UHGV virus genome: UHGV-2111131
Reading direction: 5' to 3' (one strand)
DNA from: a virus
Length of the DNA stretch: 64,000 nt
The translations under genes and the position numbers were made by a program. The notes under the pieces are model-generated. The model ran no database searches. It saw only the letters and a program-made list of their open reading frames with translations, and was not told the origin of the DNA. Below, one piece after another: positions 55,813-64,000 of this stretch; the first letter of the stretch is position 1, and each line of letters opens with the position of its first letter.

Positions 55813-58789
55813 TATTTAGCTCCTTTGCCACACCTAATAACAGTTCCAGCAATCCGTCACCATTCATCAGTGATGCGGCAGCGGCCTCTTTGTCATGATA
55901 CAACTGAAGAGCCATAGAGAATACTTCCGTTGCTGACGTTTTGGAAATAGTCGGTGATTTCTGCCGAATTTTCCCGGTGTTACTTACTGAGGCTGGCGGG
56001 TATACCTTCGCCATATAAATATTACTCAATCGAGATCTGAAGCACCATTCAGGCTTGCCACGCCCACCGATATTGACGAAAGATGGCTTATCCCCTTCAA
56101 CATTGGCCTTCAGGAATGACCGGGCTTTCTCTAACAAACCAGGGTTACTGTACTCAAGATGATGACCCAGCTCGTGCCACAGTGCACTTGCATTTTCATC
56201 GTTCAAATTGACAGCAACAACACCATTAAGATTTGCATATGCCCTTCCCTGGTGGTGAACTACCTTTGATAAGGTCGATATTTTCCCGCCGGTCAGGCGA
56301 TAAATATCAGCAAGTTCCTTGCGCAGGTCTATCCCACCATTCTGTCCAGCGCGGACTTCTTCCACTTCTTCTGTGATAAAAGAGTCGGCCCACTCAAGAG
56401 CTTTTTCTTCAGATACGGATGAGTTTGCGATCGCACTGTTCATGGCAGATAACACTTTCTCGTGGACCGAACCCATACTTCGCTGATTCATTTGCCAGCG
56501 TGTCTGCGGGTTATATGAGAATCGCTTAAGTAGTTGGTCAAGCTGCTCAAGTTCTTCTTCACTGACATACTTTTTAGCCTCACCAATAATGCCAGGGAGA
56601 ATATTGCCGTTAGGATTAAACGCTCGCGAAAGGAAGAGTTTCAGCGCCCCCATGCCCTCCGATGCTTCAATATCACCAATAACCCGGTTAACAATGGCCG
56701 CACTCTTCGGATTAGCATCCGCCAACGCTCTGGCTACGATTTGCAGGGACGATACGACCTCACGCTGCATATCAGTCCTGATCTCATCAATAAACTCTGG
56801 CGTTATGCCGTGCTCTTTAAGGATATCCCGGCCTTCCGCCGTTACCCCATCGATATCACCGACATGTTTATTAACACGACTTTGCAATGCCTTAAATGCC
56901 TTCAGAATTCCACGGGCATCATCCGCTTTACTAACGGCCTTCCTGAATGCTGGCAAGAAGTCTGAGTTAACCTCATTTTGTTGATCGGCCCACTGAATGG
57001 AGGCTTCTTTCATCTCGTCCAGAGTCAGATCACCCAACGCGGTATGGTCTGTGAATATGAGCGATAACCTCTGAACCATTTCTGCCAATGGTGATGCTGA
57101 TTGCGCCGCGCTAAGGAATGCTTTCACTCTGGTTGGGCGAATGGAAAACCAGTCAATAGCTGGTGGCATATCTCCGTTTTTTATCGCCTGCGCTATCTCA
57201 TCAAAGCCGTCGCGCCCAAGGGAGGATGCGTGATTTAACAATCCGCGAAGTAACGAATTGCTGATACCGAATAATCGGCACCATTTTTTCACGTCGGCAA
57301 TAGGCATTCGAACAAAATGCGCAAGCACTTGTACAAGCTGTTCATCCTGGGGATCTGTGCGGGAAAGCAGCCTGATCAGATGAATAATGTCTTTGATGCC
57401 GGATGCCCGATGTAATAGCAAACTGGTATACGGAGCAACACCGTTGTAACTACCGCCGGAAACGGACTCGAAAAGACCGCCGGATATCCCTTGCATGCCT
57501 TCGTTTTCCAGTTCCTGAGACACCTGGCGAAGGATATCCTGTAACGACACATCGCCGCCGCCAAACATATCCCCCAGCGCCTGGCCCTGGTGCTGTAACT
57601 CATCATTGATACGTTGAGCCATCAACTTAAAGGCGGTGGCCATACGCTTCGCGCTACGGTTATTCGCGACGATGAACAACGCGAGTGCTTTCACTTCCGG
57701 GGCCGTTTCGCTGAACATATCCCCCTGAGCAATAACATCGGTAATATGCTGGCCTGACTCCTTCGATTGCCTTACCAGGTCTACCGCATCTTTCAATGCC
57801 GCCAGCGCCTTTTTATCGAGGCTATCCGCTGTCTCAATGCCATCAACAATAGTTGTCACAGCCTGCTTGTGCGCTTCTCCTGATAAAGCCTGCATCTGGA
57901 CAAAATCATTGGCTGCCGCATTAAGCGCCGTCAGAACATTACGCATATCCGGATCAGGTTCTTCTGCAACCATCCTTACCAGGCGCGCATCCTTATATGC
58001 CTTGGCAAAGATCGCGTTTTGTATACGGTCTACAAGTTGCCGTGTTGGTCGCCCATCTTCAGTTACAAGGCCAGCCGCCTGTGTGGCACCAACTTGCGTC
58101 ATAAATCCGCGAATAAACGCGTCATTACTGCGGCTAAGCAGATCTCCGCTTTCTGACGGGTTAAAAAGCGCCATCATCGCCGGTGTTATGCTGTCGGCAT
58201 CAACAAAAGCCTTTTCACTGGCTGCCATTTCCTGAAGATCAGAAATATTTGAGTCCTTGGCAAACTGAACGCGGTCAACCTTAGTTAACCGGCGGCGCAC
58301 CAGTACCGGAGCCGTCATTGATTCAACCTTTTCAGGTCGTATGCCGAATTCGGTCGCATGATCAATCAGGTACTCACGATACCGATCCGCATTGCCGTCC
58401 TGATAGGCTTTGATGATCCCCATGGTCCGTCCATTACCTGACTCAACGGCATTGTCCTCACCAATTATCGGCGCGCCATGGCTGGATAAACCGGAATCGG
58501 TAAGCTGGGCAGGACGCAAATCCTTGGATATCTGGTTGACCTGAAGAAGACTGGATGCGCGGGTCCGGTCGCGCGGCTGAAGTTCCTGGGGATAGTCAGG
58601 GTTAATTTTCCCGTCCAGAGTATTGGATACCAAAAGAGCTGAGGCATCGACGATATCAAACGCTGTTTTTACCTCGTCTCCCTTCGCTGTCACCACATAC
58701 GAAACCCGCCCGTAATTGGGCAGGTTTTTTAGCAGCTCGATCAGCGTTTCTATGCTGGTGGCCATTACCACCTGATCGCTTAAGCTCAT
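55802..58789 (-). CDS. ddrB: Large DarA-operon protein, 995 aa, with HExxH motif (WHELGHHLEY)
   Basis: Position downstream of darA and ddrA; name by synteny as recalled. Confidence 0.6.
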   Translation of the reverse strand: MSLSDQVVMATSIETLIELLKNLPNYGRVSYVVTAKGDEVKTAFDIVDASALLVSNTLDGKINPDYPQELQPRDRTRASSLLQVNQISKDLRPAQLTDSGLSSHGAPIIGEDNAVESGNGRTMGIIKAYQDGNADRYREYLIDHATEFGIRPEKVESMTAPVLVRRRLTKVDRVQFAKDSNISDLQEMAASEKAFVDADSITPAMMALFNPSESGDLLSRSNDAFIRGFMTQVGATQAAGLVTEDGRPTRQLVDRIQNAIFAKAYKDARLVRMVAEEPDPDMRNVLTALNAAANDFVQMQALSGEAHKQAVTTIVDGIETADSLDKKALAALKDAVDLVRQSKESGQHITDVIAQGDMFSETAPEVKALALFIVANNRSAKRMATAFKLMAQRINDELQHQGQALGDMFGGGDVSLQDILRQVSQELENEGMQGISGGLFESVSGGSYNGVAPYTSLLLHRASGIKDIIHLIRLLSRTDPQDEQLVQVLAHFVRMPIADVKKWCRLFGISNSLLRGLLNHASSLGRDGFDEIAQAIKNGDMPPAIDWFSIRPTRVKAFLSAAQSASPLAEMVQRLSLIFTDHTALGDLTLDEMKEASIQWADQQNEVNSDFLPAFRKAVSKADDARGILKAFKALQSRVNKHVGDIDGVTAEGRDILKEHGITPEFIDEIRTDMQREVVSSLQIVARALADANPKSAAIVNRVIGDIEASEGMGALKLFLSRAFNPNGNILPGIIGEAKKYVSEEELEQLDQLLKRFSYNPQTRWQMNQRSMGSVHEKVLSAMNSAIANSSVSEEKALEWADSFITEEVEEVRAGQNGGIDLRKELADIYRLTGGKISTLSKVVHHQGRAYANLNGVVAVNLNDENASALWHELGHHLEYSNPGLLEKARSFLKANVEGDKPSFVNIGGRGKPEWCFRSRLSNIYMAKVYPPASVSNTGKIRQKSPTISKTSATEVFSMALQLYHDKEAAAASLMNGDGLLELLLGVAKELNNAD

Positions 58790-58801
58790 CCCTGTTACGC
58801 C

Positions 58802-59167
58802 TTATGCTGCCTCTTTAATGTTGGCGGCTATCCATGCCGCCGTGTGCTGTTTAACCTGGTCCAGGTCGATGTATGTGCCAACATATTGACTCAAATCCTG
58901 CAAGGTACCGATAAATGCATCGGTGCTCTGATCGACGAATTTATCAGCCAGGAAATCAGCAACCAGTTTTGGCACACCATCATGTACCGAAGGTTGTTTT
59001 TCCTCGCCACTACTGCCGCCGGACACACCGTACCCCATCTGTTGCATGATCTGGTCGATTTCATCGCTGATATCCAGCAACTCCATGCCACTCGCGGTAG
59101 CCGCTTTGGACATCAGAGCATCCAACTTATCGCTGAGATCCATTAACTCAATAGCTGATAGTGTCAT
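58802..59167 (-). CDS. ddrA: Small DarA-operon protein, 121 aa
   Basis: Position between darA and the large downstream gene. Confidence 0.5.
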   Translation of the reverse strand: MTLSAIELMDLSDKLDALMSKAATASGMELLDISDEIDQIMQQMGYGVSGGSSGEEKQPSVHDGVPKLVADFLADKFVDQSTDAFIGTLQDLSQYVGTYIDLDQVKQHTAAWIAANIKEAA

Positions 59168-61083
59168 GCCGCTACCCCCGCTTTCTGGATTGCTACCAGC
59201 AGATCAGCCAGGTGGCGAGCAGCGCCATTAACCAGCTCTTCGTTTTCCTCAAAACGCCCGGCAGCCTGAAGGGCTGCAATCGCTTCCCGGACATTACCCC
59301 GGGCGTTACGGATCTCCGCCATGTCAGTGCTTTGCATATCCATCACGTTATTGAGGTATTCAATGGCTTTATTAGCCGCTGCATCTGCTTCGCTAACCGT
59401 TTCATCAGGCTGTGCCGGGGCAGGTTCTGGCTGAGTAATCTCACCGACTTCGGCCTGCAATGCATTGATCATGCTCTGCACCATTTTCTCGGTGCCAGCG
59501 CCCCCCGGAAACGCAATATTGGGGAAATTTTTTTGAAACTGAGTTTTCAGCATTACGCGGAACTCGTCTGGTGAGCTGGTGGCCAGCTCCAGAGCTTTTT
59601 GTGCATATTTGCCAAACGGACCATTAGTAAGTGTCTTCGCCAGGAAGTCGAAAGAATCCTCGCGAGGCAATAACTTCAGGTCGTACTCACTCATTTGCTG
59701 ATCAGAAAGCGGGGTATCGTAAGTAGCAATGCCGTAGCGTGCATATTCATAATACGGGTCACCTTCATCAGGGCGCGGCAGAATTGCTTTGTTACCTTCA
59801 GGTATTGCGCCAGGGGCCGCCGGACGCATTTGCAGGGCATATCGATATGCACCTACAGAGACTTCTGGTTCAGGCGAAGAGCTACCGGTATCCTCCGCTG
59901 GTTCAGGTTCGACGTTTTCCGGTTTATGTTCTTCTGGTTGGACCAGGTATTCCGATACATTACCCGCTTTATAGGCTTTAAACAGCTTGCCGATCGCATC
60001 TGCCATGTCCACACCCTGTATGGATTTAGCCTTGATCATGTACACGCTGCCATCCGAATCGGTTAACTGGATATACCCTTCACCGTCCTCAATGAATTGC
60101 TTCATTGATGCACCATTACTGAGCGTCACTTCCCCGTTCATATGCATACGATTTTTGATACTTGCAAGGCGATCCGTCATCGCGCGAGAGTGTCCACCAG
60201 TCATCCCCGCAGGAGCAATGGTTTCGCGCCCACCAGTGCGATTGAGCTGATCAATCTCCGTCTGCAAACGCTCATTCTCTTCATAAAGAGAATCCGCTTC
60301 CGATGCAACAGCGTTAATTTTCTGCTCCAGATCTACCTTCTGCCCTTCTACCGCTGCCACCTGATCCGCGAGGTCGCTCATGGCATCCTCTTTCTGGTCA
60401 CTGTCAGCCTGTAGTTGGGTTATTTCATCAACCAGGGCTTTTTTCTTCTTCTGCGCACGCTGGAATTTTGCCGAGTTTTTCTCTGCAAGGTTGGCAAGTT
60501 TCATGGTGACCTGCGCCAGCGTCATATCACGTCCACTCATCGGAGCAACGGTATGAGTAACGTCTTTTTTATTCAGTAAGAACTGGAAAGCAACCAGCGT
60601 ATCGCTATTGGTGATCCGGTTTTCCGCTGTCGGGCTATGAAACAGAATGCTGATAGTCTGACCATCACTGAGCGGAATAATGGCTGGCAGGACCGGCAGC
60701 CCGTTAACGTTACGTGCCCGGCCAATTTCAGCACCGCCGATCGCGCGCGCGCCGCTCTGGGCCACATCCCCCGTTTTATCACTCCCCGCAGAGATTCCGG
60801 TACCATTCAGCTTCTGGTTCAATGCCCGGACAAATGCCTGCATGGTCCGGTGTAACTGCAAACGAGTAGAACTAATCGCCTCCAGTAAATCCGTAGCACA
60901 CCAGTGGATCGGCGTGTCATAGAAGAACGTAGCCTCGATTTCCTCCAGGGTATTGGATTCCGTCATCAGATAGCGGTCCTCACCGGCCATTAATGCGCGA
61001 TATTCATCATCAGTCACTGGCGGGGGAAGCACGTCAAGCCCGGGCTTGATCGTCACCCCTTTATTGATATTGAACTGTTCCAT
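59164..61083 (-). CDS. darA: DarA-like capsid-internal anti-restriction protein, 639 aa
   Basis: Length equals P1 DarA as recalled; shares a segment with the upstream Hdf-like protein. Confidence 0.7.
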   Translation of the reverse strand: MEQFNINKGVTIKPGLDVLPPPVTDDEYRALMAGEDRYLMTESNTLEEIEATFFYDTPIHWCATDLLEAISSTRLQLHRTMQAFVRALNQKLNGTGISAGSDKTGDVAQSGARAIGGAEIGRARNVNGLPVLPAIIPLSDGQTISILFHSPTAENRITNSDTLVAFQFLLNKKDVTHTVAPMSGRDMTLAQVTMKLANLAEKNSAKFQRAQKKKKALVDEITQLQADSDQKEDAMSDLADQVAAVEGQKVDLEQKINAVASEADSLYEENERLQTEIDQLNRTGGRETIAPAGMTGGHSRAMTDRLASIKNRMHMNGEVTLSNGASMKQFIEDGEGYIQLTDSDGSVYMIKAKSIQGVDMADAIGKLFKAYKAGNVSEYLVQPEEHKPENVEPEPAEDTGSSSPEPEVSVGAYRYALQMRPAAPGAIPEGNKAILPRPDEGDPYYEYARYGIATYDTPLSDQQMSEYDLKLLPREDSFDFLAKTLTNGPFGKYAQKALELATSSPDEFRVMLKTQFQKNFPNIAFPGGAGTEKMVQSMINALQAEVGEITQPEPAPAQPDETVSEADAAANKAIEYLNNVMDMQSTDMAEIRNARGNVREAIAALQAAGRFEENEELVNGAARHLADLLVAIQKAGVAA

Positions 61084-61084
61084 G

Positions 61085-61696
61085 TTAATTTCCTGCTTTC
61101 AGTTGCTTAAGACGACGTTTGAGTTCGCCATTCCGTGCCTTTTCGTTATTGAGTCGGCCCGTCTCCTTATCCAGCTTCGCCCGCAAATCAGTGATCTGCT
61201 GTTGATTGAAAGACACCGAATTCTGCGCGGACTTATAAGCGGCAACCACCTGAGCATTCCGCTGTTTTGCCTCTTGCAGGCGCTGAAAGTTGGATTTAAC
61301 TGCTGGTTTCTTATCTACCGGATTGGCAACACGCTTCGCTTTGGCGATCAGTGATTTTTGGAATTTTGCGGAGTTTTTGCGGGCCGCTTGCCCCATGGCG
61401 GTACCAAGCGTCTTGATATCCGGCGACTGTGCGTTAGGAATAGCTTTTCCATTCAGTTTCACAGACGATATATCGCCAGTATCGTTTACCTGTATGCCAA
61501 GAATTTGTCCGTCGTTAAGAACCAGCTTTGCGGTTTTAACTTTAACGCCATCTTTCGTTGTTGCGCGGTTGCTGGAGTCAACCTCAATTACCGTAACACC
61601 GGTTTTATTGATCGCCGCGATAAGGGATTTCAGCCCCTTTTCATTAACCTGGTCAAAATCGACCGTTGCATACTTATTTTTCGTCATCTGACACAT
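61085..61696 (-). CDS. hdf: Hdf-like protein (shares segment with DarA), 203 aa
   Basis: KNSAKFQ-containing region parallels DarA. Confidence 0.6.
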   Translation of the reverse strand: MCQMTKNKYATVDFDQVNEKGLKSLIAAINKTGVTVIEVDSSNRATTKDGVKVKTAKLVLNDGQILGIQVNDTGDISSVKLNGKAIPNAQSPDIKTLGTAMGQAARKNSAKFQKSLIAKAKRVANPVDKKPAVKSNFQRLQEAKQRNAQVVAAYKSAQNSVSFNQQQITDLRAKLDKETGRLNNEKARNGELKRRLKQLKAGN

Positions 61697-62117
61697 CCTG
61701 TGCGAGATTTATTACGTAACTTCTGCGGATTTGCTGAGTAACAGGGAAAATCCGATACAACGGGTTAATGAACGAGTCGCCATGCGTAACCATGACGTTG
61801 AAATGCCACAGTCGCTCTCCTTTACCCATATATTCAGTGGGTATGTACAACCATTCACTGTTTTCGCCCTGTTCAGCCGACGTCAGACAACGTTGTTCGC
61901 CTTCAATCACTGTCGTCGGCTTCTGAACATCGCGGATCCAATATCTGACCGTTGCGCCGCGCAAAAACGGGAATTTAGACCGGTATTTGAACGGCACTCG
62001 GATGAAACCCAGTTTAATTTCCACATCACCAAGTTCTAAATGCGTGATGTCCTTGCGTTTTAGCAAATAGCGATCGGCTAAGGCTAACGCAAGAACGCAT
62101 ACACCCCAGCCAATCAT
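61674..62117 (-). CDS. Hypothetical protein, 147 aa
   Basis: Intact co-oriented ORF. Confidence 0.4.
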   Translation of the reverse strand: MIGWGVCVLALALADRYLLKRKDITHLELGDVEIKLGFIRVPFKYRSKFPFLRGATVRYWIRDVQKPTTVIEGEQRCLTSAEQGENSEWLYIPTEYMGKGERLWHFNVMVTHGDSFINPLYRIFPVTQQIRRSYVINLAQDVSDDEK

Positions 62118-62443
62118 TTCCCGCCTCCCTTTTTCACCAAACTTGTAAGAACATTCAGAATGCTATCGATATTCACTCGTTTCATCCCTGAAATCACCTC
62201 ATGACCGTTATTGCTGGCTATCGTTACCATTAAGTACGTAATTGATAACTCCCAGCCCTCGTGTTGCCCCAATAGGTACGCCACCGCGCCAGCTGTCACT
62301 GCAACAAAGATCTCCGTAACCAATCCCAACAAATTGCCAGACTGGCGACCGTCTCGGACATCCATCAGGAACGTGCCTATCCCACCAATTACTGAAAGCA
62401 GGAACGCAATAGCAACTGGAGCTAATTCCTGTGTGTCAAGCAC
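62114..62443 (-). CDS. Holin-like small membrane protein, 109 aa
   Basis: Three hydrophobic segments plus charged C-terminus. Confidence 0.5.
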   Translation of the reverse strand: MLDTQELAPVAIAFLLSVIGGIGTFLMDVRDGRQSGNLLGLVTEIFVAVTAGAVAYLLGQHEGWELSITYLMVTIASNNGHEVISGMKRVNIDSILNVLTSLVKKGGGK

Positions 62444-62510
62444 AAGTTCCCTCCTACGTTGTCAGGAGGTAATGGTATGCAAAGTAACTTCTCAACCGGT
62501 CATTTGTTGC

Positions 62511-62792
62511 TTAAGAGGCATTTCTATTGAGGTACGAATCGATAATCCTTTGTGACTTTTCAAGAATGAGCTTGTTATTGATGCTGCAAATAATAGTCAC
62601 GCAATTCTGAAGACTTTCATCCATACCCTTATATTCCGCGAAATACATGCCTATAAAGCCTGCAAGTACGGCAGCAATACACTCGGCCATCAATTGCCTG
62701 CATGACGCTTCGTAACGTTTTTCACGAACCCCATTCAGAAACGAATGCACGCCTCCAAGGATGGTTATAAAAAATATGGTTGAATCAAACAT
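62511..62792 (-). CDS. Holin-like small membrane protein, 93 aa from ATG 62792
   Basis: Hydrophobic segments (FFITILGGV, IAAVLAGFIGMYF). Confidence 0.45.
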   Translation of the reverse strand: MFDSTIFFITILGGVHSFLNGVREKRYEASCRQLMAECIAAVLAGFIGMYFAEYKGMDESLQNCVTIICSINNKLILEKSQRIIDSYLNRNAS

Positions 62793-62919
62793 TAAAGTAC
62801 CCCCGCTTTTCAATAAAACATCATTGGGGCACGGTATGCACTTTGTGATTTCCACACACACTGGTTTCTGTTAATCAAAATCCGCAGCTTGCTATAAATA
62901 ACGATAGTGAGCAGAAAAT

Positions 62920-63145
62920 ATGCTAATAGGCTATGTACGCGTATCAACAAATGAACAAAACACTGCTTTGCAACGAAATGCCCTTGAAAGCGCAGGATGT
63001 GAGCTAATTTTTGAGGATAAGGCGAGCGGCAAAAAGGCTGAACGACCAGAGTTAAAAAATGCTTTTGAGAGGTGACACTCTGGTCGAATGAAAGTTAGAT
63101 TGGCTTGGATGCAGTATGCGCTCGCTCTTGAAGCATGAACAGTAA
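62920..63145 (+). pseudogene. cin: Degraded serine invertase (cin-like): intact N-terminal 51 codons, then frameshifted remnant
   Basis: MLIGYVRVSTNEQNTALQRNAL...FEDK matches the Cin/Hin/Gin N-terminus; in-frame stop at 63073..63075; shifted-frame remnants GDTLV and KLDWLG; no homology after about 63145. Confidence 0.7.
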
Positions 63146-63210
63146 TCATCTTATCTGGATGCACTGGAACCAGTCGTTACTTCCAGCGCTCCAGATATTT
63201 TTTTAATGGG

Positions 63211-63621
63211 CTACGCCTCCGGGAACGCTGGCCAATTGACATCTGGTGCAGTGCTGGTATCCGTTGCGGTCACCGCATCGATATAATCCAACACAGCGTT
63301 AAGACGGGTGGTTTCAGCCTGCGTAAGATTCCGTCCGGCCTGTAATTTCAGTTGAATAAGACTAATGGAAGCCATTGCGGTATCAATCAGCGACTGTTTT
63401 TTCTGTTCAGCGTCAGCTACCAGTTCATCATGAGAACGTTCCGGAGTGGGTGGTGCAGTAAATCCCCCGTCTGAATAAACCCAGCCGATTCCGGGCTGCT
63501 CACTGATATCAGAAATATTAATGAGCTGCTGATTATCCGGCACTGTGAATTCAGCCTCGCCATCCCAGACAATGACATTCACAACCATCCCATTTTCAAT
63601 AACTGCATATGACGCATTCAT
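63211..63621 (-). CDS. Tail fibre assembly protein (Tfa/U-like), 136 aa
   Basis: C-terminal TDTSTAPDVNWPAFPEA matches the conserved Tfa C-terminus. Confidence 0.75.
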   Translation of the reverse strand: MNASYAVIENGMVVNVIVWDGEAEFTVPDNQQLINISDISEQPGIGWVYSDGGFTAPPTPERSHDELVADAEQKKQSLIDTAMASISLIQLKLQAGRNLTQAETTRLNAVLDYIDAVTATDTSTAPDVNWPAFPEA

Positions 63622-64000
63622 TATGCAAACTCCTCGATAATACAAATCCCAGCAGCACCTTTCCCGCCTGTCATACTGGTTCCGCTATAACCGGCATCGT
63701 ATGCGCCACCGCCACCTGAACCATATGCCTTACCACTAACACCACCGCCAGCGCCTGCGCGTCCACCGCCGCCCCAGTGCGATGTTCCGCCTTCACCGCT
63801 GACGCCGATATTTCCGGACTGACCGTCGCCTCCATGTCCACCAGTGATGCGGATATCGCCAGTGCTCGGCACACCTCCGTTACCGCCGTTTGTGTTTGTA
63901 ACTCCCACTTTCCCGCCACCTGCGCCACCAGGAGCAATTAACGATGCGAATACGCTATTCCCGCCACTGGTGCCGTTCGTCGCACTAACACCACCGGCCC
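63621..64000 (-). CDS. Tail fibre protein, glycine-rich C-terminal part (partial; N-terminus beyond window edge)
   Basis: Gly-rich repeats; TAATG coupling to the assembly gene. Confidence 0.65.
   Translation of the reverse strand, partial: AGGVSATNGTSGGNSVFASLIAPGGAGGGKVGVTNTNGGNGGVPSTGDIRITGGHGGDGQSGNIGVSGEGGTSHWGGGGRAGAGGGVSGKAYGSGGGGAYDAGYSGTSMTGGKGAAGICIIEEFA

Noticed and set aside
62931-63164. Minus-strand 77-aa ORF across the cin remnant
   Set aside because: Antisense to sequence with clear Cin homology on the plus strand

Overview
The window reads as a nearly contiguous segment of a P1-family temperate phage-plasmid (Enterobacterial, Punavirus-like), not a chromosomal region. Anchors seen directly in the sequence: a 34-bp loxP site (37789..37822) followed by a Cre recombinase ORF, a C1 repressor/Coi pair with many copies of the ATTGCTCTAATAAATTT-type operator, a pac site (4+3 TGATCA hexamers) inside pacA, a Phd/Doc toxin-antitoxin pair, three tRNA genes, a DnaB-like helicase (ban), a RepA/iteron replicon with a DnaA box and GATC cluster, and a 2255-aa methyltransferase-helicase giant (DarB) plus the DarA operon. 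Gene names are assigned by motif content and by synteny with P1 as I remember it; no database search was run. The most interesting spot is the mat-lxc slot (41.3-42.7 kb), where I recall P1 carrying its type III res-mod genes. Here it holds a single AT-rich 435-aa gene with SIR2-type NADase motifs (GTGFS, TTNYD, HVHGS) fused to an uncharacterised C-terminal domain, a candidate single-gene anti-phage system. Secondary observations: a degraded, truncated cin invertase abutting a tail-fibre assembly gene, recurring hairpin and tRNA-like elements around the tRNA genes, an overlapping spanin-like gene pair, a replicon whose iterons differ from what I recall for P1, and a 10-N assembly gap inside pacB.
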